A stretch of DNA of 50,812 bases, taken from positions 1 through 50,812 of the IMG/VR virus record IMGVR_UViG_3300035670_000305; one strand, written 5' to 3'. This DNA comes from a virus (Duplodnaviria > Caudoviricetes). The position numbers and the translations under genes are program-made. This document shows, piece after piece, positions 25,321 through 35,441 of the stretch. Within the stretch, counting starts at the first letter, position 1, and the number at the start of each line of letters is the position of its first letter. Under the pieces are notes generated by a model. The model saw nothing but the letters and a program-made list of their open reading frames with translations, made no database searches and had not been told where the DNA came from.

Positions 25321-26159
25321 GTTTACGCGACACTTACCTAGACTGGCCGCATGAGATCAGTTTGGAGACGTTTGCCAAGTGCAACGCGTCTTGCACATTC
25401 TGTCCATACACAACACTGGAACGCATCGGCACAAAGATGCCGGACGAACTGATAGACAAGATTATCGATGAACTGAAAGACCATCCGTGGCCGTTCATGT
25501 TCTCGCCGTTTAAGGTCAATGAGCCGTTTCTGGACAAGCGGCTTATCGCGATATGCGAAAAGGTAAATCGCGAACTGCCCCGCGCTCATTTGCGGATATT
25601 CTCCAACGGTTCGGCATTGACTGAAAAGCATATTGACGGGGTGAACGGGTTAGAGCGAGTAGTTCATATGTGGATCAGCCTGAATGACCACAGGCCCGAT
25701 GAATATAAACAACTGATGGGATTGGACTTCGAACGGACATGCAAGAATCTGGACTTGCTACATGAGAAGGTCGCGGCGGGAACTTTCCGCTGGGATGTTG
25801 TCGTATCGCGTGTTCGGGAAGCGTTCATACCGTCCGAAACAGACAACGCCTTTGCCGCCTACGTTAACCGACGCTGGCCCTTGTTTAAAGTCCACCTTAT
25901 CAAGCGAGATGGATGGATAGGCTACACCGAGCCGAATGACGCTGTAGTGCCTGACGCGCCTTGCGGGCGTTGGTTTGAATTGTCGATTTGCGCTGATGGC
26001 AAGGTTAGCTTGTGCTGCATGGACGGCACGGGTGAACATGCGATTGGCGATATTAACAACGGGGTATTTGAGACTTACAACGCGCCACACTGGCGGGAGC
26101 GTAGGCTTAAGATGCTATCACGGCATCAAGTGTCCCCGTGCAATGGGTGCACATACTGA
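25317..26159 (+). CDS. Radical SAM protein with SPASM/twitch domain
   Basis: CNASCTFC; C-terminal C...ADGKVSLCC.D...IGDI...CNGC. Confidence 0.9.
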   Translation: MSLRDTYLDWPHEISLETFAKCNASCTFCPYTTLERIGTKMPDELIDKIIDELKDHPWPFMFSPFKVNEPFLDKRLIAICEKVNRELPRAHLRIFSNGSALTEKHIDGVNGLERVVHMWISLNDHRPDEYKQLMGLDFERTCKNLDLLHEKVAAGTFRWDVVVSRVREAFIPSETDNAFAAYVNRRWPLFKVHLIKRDGWIGYTEPNDAVVPDAPCGRWFELSICADGKVSLCCMDGTGEHAIGDINNGVFETYNAPHWRERRLKMLSRHQVSPCNGCTY

Positions 26160-26332
26160 TGCGAAAAGATTATTCAAAGATGAGCGACGCCGAATTGTGG
26201 GCGGAAATGGATAAAGAGCAGGCAGAGACATCTGCGCGTGACAAGCGTTTGCGTCGGTCTGGCGCGCATGAAATGGCGACTGCCCACGCGGAGTTTTTTC
26301 AGCGCGAAGTGTTTAGAGCGTTCAATGCGTGA
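26159..26332 (+). CDS. 57-aa hypothetical protein
   Basis: TGATG-coupled to the radical SAM gene. Confidence 0.5.
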   Translation: MRKDYSKMSDAELWAEMDKEQAETSARDKRLRRSGAHEMATAHAEFFQREVFRAFNA

Positions 26333-26537
26333 ACTGTTTATTGGCATGGAAGCTGCTGTTGTTGAAGACGGGCCGATCGTGATTGACTGGTTGCACAACA
26401 CAGTAACAAATCTGACGCCGCTAGAAAAAGCAGTGACGCCGCCAAAGTTATGGCAGCAAGCTTTAACTTATGCGGCACACAAAAAGCGTCGAGAACGCCA
26501 AATTGATTTTGCATGGAGTTACTTAGGCCATGCGTGA
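26325..26537 (+). CDS. 70-aa hypothetical protein starting MRELFIG
   Basis: Overlap-coupled; 5' end duplicates that of the next gene. Confidence 0.5.
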   Translation: MRELFIGMEAAVVEDGPIVIDWLHNTVTNLTPLEKAVTPPKLWQQALTYAAHKKRRERQIDFAWSYLGHA

Positions 26538-27051
26538 ACTTCTCATTGGCTGCGGAAACAGCCGCCGCAAGAAACTGACATTCGATGATAACCTGTCATG
26601 GGATGAACTGGTAACAATCGACCACGATCCGAACTGCGGGGCGGACATTGTTCATGACTTGGACGTTACCCCGTGGCCTGTGGATGGCGACCAGTTTGAC
26701 GGCGTTCATGCATACGAGGTTCTTGAGCATCTAGGCCAGCAGGGCGATTTTAAAGCGTTCTTCCGACACTTTGGCGAGATTTACCGGGTATTGAAGGATC
26801 AGGGCATTCTATACGCAACCGTCCCTGCATGGGATGATGTGTGGGCATGGGCTGACCCGTCGCATACCCGCGTGATTGCGCCTGAGACTTTGGTTTTCTT
26901 GGATCAGACTGAATATGTCAAACAGGTTGGCGTGACGCCAATGACTGACTTCCGCTGGCTGTGGAAGGGCGACTTTGAGGCCATCGCCTGCGAACGCAAG
27001 AGCGGCCACTACTGGATTGCACTGAAGGCACATAAGCCCGCACGCGTATAA
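26530..27051 (+). CDS. Class I SAM-dependent methyltransferase
   Basis: LLIGCG, D...ADIVHDL, EVLEHL, EIYRVLK..G, DPSH. Confidence 0.85.
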   Translation: MRELLIGCGNSRRKKLTFDDNLSWDELVTIDHDPNCGADIVHDLDVTPWPVDGDQFDGVHAYEVLEHLGQQGDFKAFFRHFGEIYRVLKDQGILYATVPAWDDVWAWADPSHTRVIAPETLVFLDQTEYVKQVGVTPMTDFRWLWKGDFEAIACERKSGHYWIALKAHKPARV

Positions 27052-27063
27052 GGAAATCTTTAT

Positions 27064-29151
27064 ATGATTGAACAAGACGCGCTGACCGCTGTGGATTCAG
27101 CGGCGGGCAACGCTATGGAAGAAGGCGAACTTGCCGCGCTGTGCCAGCAATTTGAAGCGCAATCCGTTGGTGAGGAATGGGACGAGATTGCCAGCCAGCA
27201 GGAAAAGGCAATCAATTACTACTATCGCCGCCCGTTCGGTGATGAGGTAGCCGGACAAAGCCAAGTTGTTGACGGCACGGTTGGTATCGTAATTGATAAC
27301 GCAATGGCTGCGGTGTTGAAGCCGTTTGTCAGTGCCGAAGATACGGTTTCGTTTAGCCCGCGTGGGCCGGAAGATGTTGAGCAGGCCGAGCAGGCAACGG
27401 AATATGTCAACTACGTCATTAACTGTGACAACCCCGGCTTTCTGATCTTTCATAACTGGTTCAAGGACGCGCTGCTTACCAAGATTGGCGTTATCAAGGT
27501 ATGGTGGGAGGACACGTCTTATCCCGAAGAGGCCCTGACCGACGCGCTAGGCGTATTGCAAGCCCGTGAAGCGCCGGATTACTATGGCGAACAGGATAAT
27601 GGTGACGGAACCTTTAGCGTTTCGCGCATTGTGGCTGACGGACGGGTTAAAATCGAGGTTATTCCGCCTGAAGAATATAAAATCAGCCCTTATGCCCGCA
27701 CCATCAAGGACGCGGTGTATCAATGCCATGCGCCGTCAAACGTAACCCGTTCTGACTTGCTGGAAATGGGCTTTGACCCTGACATAGTGGACACGCTGGC
27801 CGCTTATTCGGGTGAAGGCAAAGAGGCTGGCCGCGAGGAAGCGCGCTATCAAGATGAACGCTATGGGGCGGCAGACCGCCAGCTTGGCACGCCGCACCGT
27901 TCACAGGAAATCATCCCGCTAAAGGATGAATATATCCGCGTGGACTTTGATGGTGACGGGATTGCCGAACTGCGCCGCGTAATGCGGGTTGGCGATACGA
28001 TCCTGTTGAATGAGGAGGTCGAAGAACCGCCTTTTGCCGTTCTTTGCCCCGTTCCTATGCCGCACAAGGTTATCGGCCTGTCGTTGGCTGACCAGGTAGT
28101 TGACTTGCAGCGCATTGCGTCGGTGTTGTGGCGGCAGATGTTAGATAACTTGTATAAGGCCAACAATCCGCGCCCGCACATCCCGATGGGGGCCGAGCGT
28201 GCTGATGGTTCAACCGCTGACAGCCTGATGGACAACGCCCCTGGCGCAGCGGTGCTAGAGGGTTCGGTTCCGATCCGTTACGAATCCGTCCCGTTCGTGG
28301 CTGACAAGTCATTTATGATGATGGAACTGTTGCAACAGCAGCAGGAAGAACGGTCAGGAATTAGCCGTGCAGGGCAGGGGCTAGACACCAACGCCTTGAA
28401 GAAGGCTGGCCAGATGACGGCAACAGAAGTTGCGCAGATTATGTCCGGCAAGAATGCCCGCGCTGAAATGATTGCGCGCATCTTTGCTGAAACGGGCGTT
28501 AGCGACCTGTTCAAACTGGTGTTGAAGCTACTGGTTCGCCACCAACCCAAGGCACGCATGATCCGTTTGCGCAACCAATGGGTTGAGATGAACCCGCGCA
28601 TGTGGAATCCCGAAATGGATTTGACCATTAACGTGGGCCTAGGAATGGGTGAGCGTTCCGAACAAATCATGCAGGCCGATGCCATCTTGCAGACGATGGC
28701 TGAACTGGCGCAATCGCCTTACGCATCGCTGGTTAGCGCCGAAAACGTCTATAACGCCGTCAAGCGCAAATACCACGCTGCGGGCATCAAGTCGGTTGAT
28801 GAATATATCAGCGAACCGCAAGAAGCCCCTGAGCAGGAACAGCCTAGCCCTGAGCAGATGAAGGTTGAAGGTGAACTTCAGATGCAGGCTGCCAAGTTGC
28901 AAGGTGAACAGCAGATGCAAGCGGCTAAACTGGATGCGGCCCGCGAAGAAATGCTGATGAAGCAGCAACTGGCCCGCGAACAGGCTGAATTTGAAGCGCA
29001 ACTGGCCCGTGAAAAGGCCGCGCTTGAGATTGAACTGGCCCGCGAGAAAATGGCGATGGAGGCCGAACTTGCCCGCGAACGTGCGGCACTTGACGCCACG
29101 GCTAAAGTTGAAATCAGCAAGAACCGTCCAGGCGGGGATTTAGCTGAATGA
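27064..29151 (+). CDS. Portal protein (P22-like, long C-terminal coiled coil)
   Basis: 695 aa; F.PRGPED.E.AEQ.T, FKDALL.K.G, TATEV. Confidence 0.9.
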   Translation: MIEQDALTAVDSAAGNAMEEGELAALCQQFEAQSVGEEWDEIASQQEKAINYYYRRPFGDEVAGQSQVVDGTVGIVIDNAMAAVLKPFVSAEDTVSFSPRGPEDVEQAEQATEYVNYVINCDNPGFLIFHNWFKDALLTKIGVIKVWWEDTSYPEEALTDALGVLQAREAPDYYGEQDNGDGTFSVSRIVADGRVKIEVIPPEEYKISPYARTIKDAVYQCHAPSNVTRSDLLEMGFDPDIVDTLAAYSGEGKEAGREEARYQDERYGAADRQLGTPHRSQEIIPLKDEYIRVDFDGDGIAELRRVMRVGDTILLNEEVEEPPFAVLCPVPMPHKVIGLSLADQVVDLQRIASVLWRQMLDNLYKANNPRPHIPMGAERADGSTADSLMDNAPGAAVLEGSVPIRYESVPFVADKSFMMMELLQQQQEERSGISRAGQGLDTNALKKAGQMTATEVAQIMSGKNARAEMIARIFAETGVSDLFKLVLKLLVRHQPKARMIRLRNQWVEMNPRMWNPEMDLTINVGLGMGERSEQIMQADAILQTMAELAQSPYASLVSAENVYNAVKRKYHAAGIKSVDEYISEPQEAPEQEQPSPEQMKVEGELQMQAAKLQGEQQMQAAKLDAAREEMLMKQQLAREQAEFEAQLAREKAALEIELAREKMAMEAELARERAALDATAKVEISKNRPGGDLAE

Positions 29152-29369
29152 ACCTGTTTGACCGACGCGCAAGGGGTGTCCGCGCCCGTCTTGCCTTGGA
29201 AGACAGTGTTTTAGGCGAAGCATTTAAAGAAGTTGAGCAAGACATTCACAACGCATGGGCCGCTGCCAAGATGCAGCGCACACGCGAACGGTTGCACGCG
29301 GAATTGACCGCGCTGGATCGAGTGAAACGCAAGTTAGCGGAAATGGCGCAACACGCACCCCGCGACTGA
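29148..29369 (+). CDS. Small head-module protein
   Basis: Between portal and scaffold. Confidence 0.6.
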   Translation: MNLFDRRARGVRARLALEDSVLGEAFKEVEQDIHNAWAAAKMQRTRERLHAELTALDRVKRKLAEMAQHAPRD

Positions 29370-29394
29370 CCCGACCACAATCTAAGGACATGAC

Positions 29395-30447
29395 ATGAGT
29401 GACACTGCCCAGCCAGCAATGGCAGCAGACCCGAACGTGCAACTTGAGAACGCAGCCAACGCATTCAAGGCTGCGCTTGGACAGGACACACAGCCCCGTG
29501 ATGAGCAGGGGCGCTTCGCTTCCGCACAGCCAGAAGAAGAAGATTTAGCCGAACCGGAACCGCAAGGGGAAGTTGAGGCTGAAGACGATGCCGAAATTGA
29601 AGCTGATGCCGAGGCAGCCGATGAGGCCCAGCCAGAGCCAGCCAAAATGCCGACATCGTGGAGCAAAGAAGACGCCGACTTGTGGGAGTCGCTGCCAGCA
29701 GAAGCGCAAGGCAAGATAGCCGAACGCGAAGCACAGCGCGAACAAGCGGTTAATCAAAAGTTCCAAGAAGCCGCCAATGTCAGGAAGGAAACAGAAGCCC
29801 AACTGGCGGAGGCAAATGCCAACCGTGATGCTTACAAACAGGCAATTGATGAGGTTCTAAGCCTTGTCCAGCCTGTCAAGCCTGACCCGCGTGCTTATGG
29901 AGCGGGAACAGGAAATTACAACCGTGAGGCTTACGATCTGGCTGTTGTCGAATATGAGCAACAGTCTGCAATCGTCCAGCAACTTCAGCAGCAGCGGCAA
30001 GCATTAGCCGCCCAGCAGGCCGAAGAAGCTAACCGCGCATATCAGGCAGAAATTGCAGCCATTGAGGAAGTGGCCCGTCCACGCTTTATGGCTGACGTTC
30101 CCGAACTTGCTGACGCTCAAAAGGCCCCGCAAGTGCTGTCCGATATTGTCCAATATGCACTTGAGCAGGGCATTCCGTCATCTGTGTTCGAGGCTGATAA
30201 CCTTAGCGCAGTGACATCTGCCGAAATGCATATGGCGTGGAAGGCGATGCAATATGACCGCATCAAAAGCGCACAAGGCAAGGTGAAGGAAACCCCTGCA
30301 CCAAAGCCCGCGCAGCCAGCAGTCAAGCCCGGTGTAACCATTCCACGTTCCGCATCCAAGGCCACGGCAATGCGCAAGGCATCCGACAGGTTGGCAACCG
30401 AAGGCAGCGTCGAAGCAGGCGCAGCCGTCTGGAAACAATTCTTGTAG
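29395..30447 (+). CDS. Capsid scaffolding protein
   Basis: Acidic N-terminus, RDEQGRF, P.SW, coiled coil; precedes capsid. Confidence 0.8.
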   Translation: MSDTAQPAMAADPNVQLENAANAFKAALGQDTQPRDEQGRFASAQPEEEDLAEPEPQGEVEAEDDAEIEADAEAADEAQPEPAKMPTSWSKEDADLWESLPAEAQGKIAEREAQREQAVNQKFQEAANVRKETEAQLAEANANRDAYKQAIDEVLSLVQPVKPDPRAYGAGTGNYNREAYDLAVVEYEQQSAIVQQLQQQRQALAAQQAEEANRAYQAEIAAIEEVARPRFMADVPELADAQKAPQVLSDIVQYALEQGIPSSVFEADNLSAVTSAEMHMAWKAMQYDRIKSAQGKVKETPAPKPAQPAVKPGVTIPRSASKATAMRKASDRLATEGSVEAGAAVWKQFL

Positions 30448-30457
30448 GATTTTTGAA

Positions 30458-31408
30458 ATGGTTAAAGTTACTTCCGCAATGGCCACGTATGACGTGACCA
30501 CCAACCGCGAAGACCTCGCAGATCAGGTTTATCGCATCAACCCGTCTGACACCCCGTTCATGACCGCTGTGCCCCGCGTAAAGGCAACTGCGGTTCTGCA
30601 CGAATGGTCAACTCAGGCGCTTTCGAGCATCAACACGACCAACGCACGCCTTGAAGGTGATGCGCTGACCCGTGCATCCTCGACTGCACCTGCACGCCGT
30701 CAGAACCACTGCCAGATTTCAAGCCGCGATGCGACCGTTACCGGCACGCAGCGTGCAACCAATCCGGCAGGCATCGATGACATGATGGCTTACCAGATGT
30801 CGCTCAAGAGCCTTGAGCTTCGCCGCGACATGGAATCCATCCTGTTGGGTAACACCGGCCAGAACGCTGGTAGCACCACCACGGCACGCACCCTGCGTTC
30901 GTTCAACGCATGGCTGTCGGGCAATGGTTCGCGTGGCACGGGCGGTGCAGACTCGACTGCGGCAACCGCAGCAGCAACCGATGCGACCACTGGTTCGATC
31001 CGCACCTTTACCGAAGATATGCTGAAGGACGCTGTTCTTGACGCATTCACCGATGGCGGTGAACCGAACCTCGTTCTGGTTGGCCCGTTCAACAAGCAGA
31101 AGTTCTCGACCTTCACCGGTCGTTCAACTTCGCAGGTTGTCGTGCGTCAGGACGTTGTAGACGGCGCTGCCGAACTTTACCGTTCGGACTTCGGCGTGCT
31201 GAAGGTTGTTCCCAACCGTTCGCAGCGTGACCGCGATGCGTTCATTGTGGACACCACCAAGGTTGCGGTTGCTGGCCTGCGTATGTTTGAACCGCAGGAA
31301 CTGGGCCGCGTTGGTGACGCAATCACGAGGGATATAATCTCCGAATATACGCTCGAGATGAGACACCCTGATGCTCACGCAGGCGTTTTCGACCTTACGA
31401 CCTCGTAA
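30458..31408 (+). CDS. Major capsid protein (DUF5309/SU10-like)
   Basis: NREDL.D, P.DTPF, HEW, EG.D, N..QI, ELRRDME, SDFG, EYTLE. Confidence 0.9.
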   Translation: MVKVTSAMATYDVTTNREDLADQVYRINPSDTPFMTAVPRVKATAVLHEWSTQALSSINTTNARLEGDALTRASSTAPARRQNHCQISSRDATVTGTQRATNPAGIDDMMAYQMSLKSLELRRDMESILLGNTGQNAGSTTTARTLRSFNAWLSGNGSRGTGGADSTAATAAATDATTGSIRTFTEDMLKDAVLDAFTDGGEPNLVLVGPFNKQKFSTFTGRSTSQVVVRQDVVDGAAELYRSDFGVLKVVPNRSQRDRDAFIVDTTKVAVAGLRMFEPQELGRVGDAITRDIISEYTLEMRHPDAHAGVFDLTTS

Positions 31409-31421
31409 CACGCTTGAAATG

Positions 31422-31451
31422 GAGGGGGAGGGTTTCGGCTCTCCCCCTTTT
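31422..31451 (+). terminator. Terminator after the capsid gene
   Basis: AGGGGGAGGG-TTTCGG-CTCTCCCCCT plus T-run. Confidence 0.75.
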
Positions 31452-31464
31452 CATAGGGGGCTGC

Positions 31465-31761
31465 ATGTCCAAAAAAGCACTTCTTGAACTGATTGGCAAC
31501 GAACGCCGAGCAGTCATCTACCATGAGGAAGACGGCAAAACGCGCATTGAGCACCGTCAAGACCTCGATCCGGTTATTAAGGCCGCCAAAATCCTGTCCG
31601 AACGGAAGCCGAGCAAGGATTTTACAAGGGTTGCACTCATTCCCAAGTCCACGCTGGACAAGGCCCTTATTGAGGGCTGGTTCCACGATGAGGACGCTTG
31701 GCGAAAATGGGCAAACGACCCTGCAAATGAAGTCTTCCGCACAACGAAAGGCACTATTTGA
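31465..31761 (+). CDS. Conserved post-capsid phage protein
   Basis: QD.DP.I, VA.IP, W.NDP.N..FRT. Confidence 0.65.
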   Translation: MSKKALLELIGNERRAVIYHEEDGKTRIEHRQDLDPVIKAAKILSERKPSKDFTRVALIPKSTLDKALIEGWFHDEDAWRKWANDPANEVFRTTKGTI

Positions 31762-32594
31762 TGCCATCCCTTAAAATTGCCGTCTGTATCCCCACTTACG
31801 GCGACCCTGAGGTTTTGTTCATGCAAAGCCTCTTGATGATGTCCAAGCACTTTTACGAAGCCAAGCTGACCAATTCGGACGGTGAAGACTACGACAAAGA
31901 ATTGGAATATTTCATCGTATCAAGTTCGATGTTGACCGAAAGTCGCCATCGCCTTGTTGCCGAAGCCCTGAATTGGGGCGCTGACTACATGCTATGGTGC
32001 GATGCCGACCATTCATTTCCCGCCGATGCGCTTTGCCGATTGTGGGCAAGGAATGTCCAGGTAGTCGGCGCGAACTATGCACGGCGCTGCAAACCAACGG
32101 CTCCAACGGCTGCAAAGATTGTCACAACCGATGACGGGCAGGATCATAAAAACCTAGTCTATACGACTATGGAAAAGGCACATGACAATGTCCTTGAGGA
32201 AGTCTCGCACCTTGGGTTCGGGCTGTGCCTTGTCCGCATGGACGTATTTGACCAGTTGCAATTGAAGGCAGAGGAAGAAGGCAAAGATACCTTCCTGCCG
32301 CTGTTCATGTTTACGCCTACGGACAATTACAAAGGCATGATTGGGGAAGATGTCTATTTCTTCCGCAAGCTACGGGACGCAGGCGTCAAGGTTTACTGCG
32401 ATCACGGCGTTAGCTGGCAAGTCGGCCACATTATGAAAACCCAAGTCACCAATGCTCATGCCGTAGTGCAAGAGGAAAAGTGGCTGGAACAGTCTGGCAA
32501 GCTGCGCGCCAAATACAACAAGCGGATTGAGGAACTAGAGGCTGGAAAAACGCCTGAGCCTTTGACCCGTGACGAAATCGAAGGGGTGGATTGA
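31758..32594 (+). CDS. GT-A fold (family 2-like) glycosyltransferase
   Basis: IAVCIP, R..L...AL..GADYMLWCDAD, GFG..L, GEDVYF, GH. Confidence 0.8.
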   Translation: MMPSLKIAVCIPTYGDPEVLFMQSLLMMSKHFYEAKLTNSDGEDYDKELEYFIVSSSMLTESRHRLVAEALNWGADYMLWCDADHSFPADALCRLWARNVQVVGANYARRCKPTAPTAAKIVTTDDGQDHKNLVYTTMEKAHDNVLEEVSHLGFGLCLVRMDVFDQLQLKAEEEGKDTFLPLFMFTPTDNYKGMIGEDVYFFRKLRDAGVKVYCDHGVSWQVGHIMKTQVTNAHAVVQEEKWLEQSGKLRAKYNKRIEELEAGKTPEPLTRDEIEGVD

Positions 32595-33223
32595 TGTCGG
32601 AAGATCCGGGAACTTGGACAGAACTGAAGGCGTCTTTGGCCGAATGGCTAAACCGTTCTGACCTGACGGCCAAAATCCCGGAACTGATTGCGCTTGCCGA
32701 ACGCAAGTTTAACCGCATCATTGTCACGCCGGAACGCGAGGCCACGGTTACATCGACCGTTTCAAGCGAAACCTTGGCCTTGCCTTCTGACTTCTGGCAA
32801 TTGCGGTCAATCCATCTGACAACCGATCCACGCCAGCCATTGACGCAAGTTTCGCCTATGGTGCTGCGTTCGGAATATGCTGACCAAACGACTGGCGAGC
32901 CCCGCGTGTTTGCGATTGAGAACGGAGCCTTCATCTTTGGCCCTGCACCTGATGCAAGTTACACACTTAATATCACTTACATAAAGACCATTCCGCCATT
33001 GAACGCATCAACCGCGTCAAACTGGCTGCTGGAAAAACACCCCGATATTTACCTTTACGGCTCTTTGTTGGCTGCTGAAGCCTATTTGTGGAACGATGCA
33101 CGCCTGCCGGTATGGAAGGACGCGCTTGACGAGGCCATTGCCGAATTGGCTGACGCTGGCAACCGTTACCGCATGTCAGGCCCGATGCGGCTTCGCAGCC
33201 CTGTTGTTGGGTGGGGTATATGA
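32591..33223 (+). CDS. Head-tail adaptor protein
   Basis: LNRSDLT..IP..I.LAE, LPSDF, P.PD..Y, NWLL...PD.YLYG. Confidence 0.8.
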   Translation: MMSEDPGTWTELKASLAEWLNRSDLTAKIPELIALAERKFNRIIVTPEREATVTSTVSSETLALPSDFWQLRSIHLTTDPRQPLTQVSPMVLRSEYADQTTGEPRVFAIENGAFIFGPAPDASYTLNITYIKTIPPLNASTASNWLLEKHPDIYLYGSLLAAEAYLWNDARLPVWKDALDEAIAELADAGNRYRMSGPMRLRSPVVGWGI

Positions 33224-34644
33224 TTTTTGGAGAGTTCGCGCCCGATAAGGCGAAATCGAACAATCCAGACATATTGACCGAATGTGAAGGCGTGTTCCCG
33301 CTTGAGGATGGTTATCGGCCCGTAGGGCAATTTACAAAGCTATATGATGCGATGCCATCCGATCCAAGGGGCGGGGCTACGTTCACAAGCCCTGAAGGTC
33401 TAAGCTATATTGTCGCTGGAACGAATACCACGCTGTATAAGGCTTATTCGGGAGCATGGACGGCAATTGGAACGGGTTATAGCCTGTTAGGTGAAGGCCG
33501 CTGGCGCTTTGCCCAATTTGGCGGCTTGGCAGTGGCGACAAACGGCACTGACCCGATGGTCAAGATTGACCTGACTGCTGACAGTGTTTCTGAATTGGGT
33601 GGAAGCCCGCCAAAGTTTGAAACTTTGGCTGTTGTAAAGGACTTCCTCGTTGGCGGCATCCGCAACGGCAAGGTTACGCATTTGGGTTGGTCGGGCATCA
33701 ATGACGCCGAATGGTGGACGAGCGGACAGCGACAGTCTGATAGGCAGATTTTGCCCGATGGAGGCCGAATTAACGGCATTTTGTCGGGTGAATATGGGGT
33801 TATCCTTCAAAGGAACTGCATTCGCCGCATGGATTATGTCGGCGGCAACATCATCTTTGAATTTAACGTAGTTTCCAACAATGTCGGATGCGTTACCACT
33901 CACTCGGTTGCCCAGTGGGGCCGGTTAGCTTTCTTCCTGTCTGACAACGGCTGGATGATGTGGGATGGTCAACAACCCATTCCCATCGGTGAGGAGAAAA
34001 TAGACCGCACCTTTAGCGATCTTTACGGGCAAGACGACTGGACGCGTATGTCCACGGCAATTGACCCTGTGAACCGCATTTTCATCGTGTCGATGGATGA
34101 TAAGGTTTGGATGTATCATTGGGGCTTCCAGAGGTGGGCAACCATTCCCTTGGCATCCTCAGTCGTGTTTTCAGGCGTCACAAAAGCAATCTCGGTGGAT
34201 GAGGATTATCCGCCTGACATGACGGATGACACCGACATTGACGGCGCTGGACTGCCTAGCTTTGACGATCCGGTCTTCAAGGGCGGCGCACCGCTTCTTT
34301 ACGTATTCAATTCGTCTGATGAACTTGGCGAATTTTCAGGAACGCCGATGGCTGCAAAGTTCACGGGGACTGATTTGGAGTTGTTCAGGGGGCAACGGGC
34401 CTGCTTGCGTATGGCGCGACCGGATACGGACGCAGCAGCAGGTCTTACCCTAACGCTGTTGGGGAAGCAGCGCCTTGGGGACGCCGGAAGTTCGACGGCC
34501 TTTAACAGCCTGACGACTTCCGGCGATATGCCGCTTAGGTTTTCAGCAAGGTTTGTGCGGCCCACGTTCCAAATCGCAGCAGCGACGACTTGGACTTATG
34601 CCAAGGGAATTAACTTTGTTGGTGAACCGGGGGCTGGCCGATGA
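33220..34644 (+). CDS. Tail nozzle / packaged-DNA stabilisation protein (gp10-like)
   Basis: FGEFAPD, WRFAQFG, WSGIND, GC, IG.EKID; synteny. Confidence 0.75.
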   Translation: MIFGEFAPDKAKSNNPDILTECEGVFPLEDGYRPVGQFTKLYDAMPSDPRGGATFTSPEGLSYIVAGTNTTLYKAYSGAWTAIGTGYSLLGEGRWRFAQFGGLAVATNGTDPMVKIDLTADSVSELGGSPPKFETLAVVKDFLVGGIRNGKVTHLGWSGINDAEWWTSGQRQSDRQILPDGGRINGILSGEYGVILQRNCIRRMDYVGGNIIFEFNVVSNNVGCVTTHSVAQWGRLAFFLSDNGWMMWDGQQPIPIGEEKIDRTFSDLYGQDDWTRMSTAIDPVNRIFIVSMDDKVWMYHWGFQRWATIPLASSVVFSGVTKAISVDEDYPPDMTDDTDIDGAGLPSFDDPVFKGGAPLLYVFNSSDELGEFSGTPMAAKFTGTDLELFRGQRACLRMARPDTDAAAGLTLTLLGKQRLGDAGSSTAFNSLTTSGDMPLRFSARFVRPTFQIAAATTWTYAKGINFVGEPGAGR

Positions 34645-35441
34645 CCATATTTACCCCGCGCCCTCAATGGGTAATTGATTTAATCAATGAACTTGCTGGT
34701 GACGCTGGTGGCGTTTGGGGTTCAATTACCGGAACGCTTTCTGCTCAAACTGATTTGCAAACCGCGCTCAACAGCAAGCTTGATGACAGTCAAGCAACCG
34801 CTTTTGGCTTGTCGTTGCTTGGCGACGTGAACGCGACAGCCGCACGTTCCACGCTGGGCTTGGGGACTGTTGCAACGCTTGCTTCTGATGCCGACACAAC
34901 ATTAGCCGCAGACAGCGACACTAAAATAGCAACGCAAAAGGCTGTGAAGGCTTATGTCGATGCCAACGCAGGTGGCTTTTCCAAAGGCTCAAGCCTTCCT
35001 GTTTCCCCTTCTTCCGGCGATCTTCATTTTCACACGACTGAAGCCGAATTTATTCAATATGACGGAACCCGCTGGCTTTCTGTTACAAAATACAATCTAA
35101 TTTTTGATGGCCAAACGGGCTTGAACGTAAGCGCGATTTTGGGGCGTCTTCCGCATCCCTGTTACGGGACTTACGACATCTATTTGACCCGTGCGTCTTG
35201 GTATGGCGTTGTAAACACAGCGGGCAACTGGACGATGAACCTTTATAAATATGAAGGCGCTACGCCAACACTCATAATAGGCGAGACTATTTCATCAACA
35301 ACCCGCGTTGCTGTTACGGAAGCTATAAACCAGACAGTTACGTCTGCATTTGAAGGATTGGAAGTTGAAGTTGCGGAAAATAGCGGAACCGCAACATTTA
35401 CAGGCGGTGCAATTATAGAATATCGAAAGATATTTACATGA
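34641..35441 (+). CDS. Short fibre-like protein
   Basis: WGSITGTLSAQTDLQTAL, ARSTLGLG, ATQKAVKAYVD fibre motifs. Confidence 0.6.
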   Translation: MTIFTPRPQWVIDLINELAGDAGGVWGSITGTLSAQTDLQTALNSKLDDSQATAFGLSLLGDVNATAARSTLGLGTVATLASDADTTLAADSDTKIATQKAVKAYVDANAGGFSKGSSLPVSPSSGDLHFHTTEAEFIQYDGTRWLSVTKYNLIFDGQTGLNVSAILGRLPHPCYGTYDIYLTRASWYGVVNTAGNWTMNLYKYEGATPTLIIGETISSTTRVAVTEAINQTVTSAFEGLEVEVAENSGTATFTGGAIIEYRKIFT

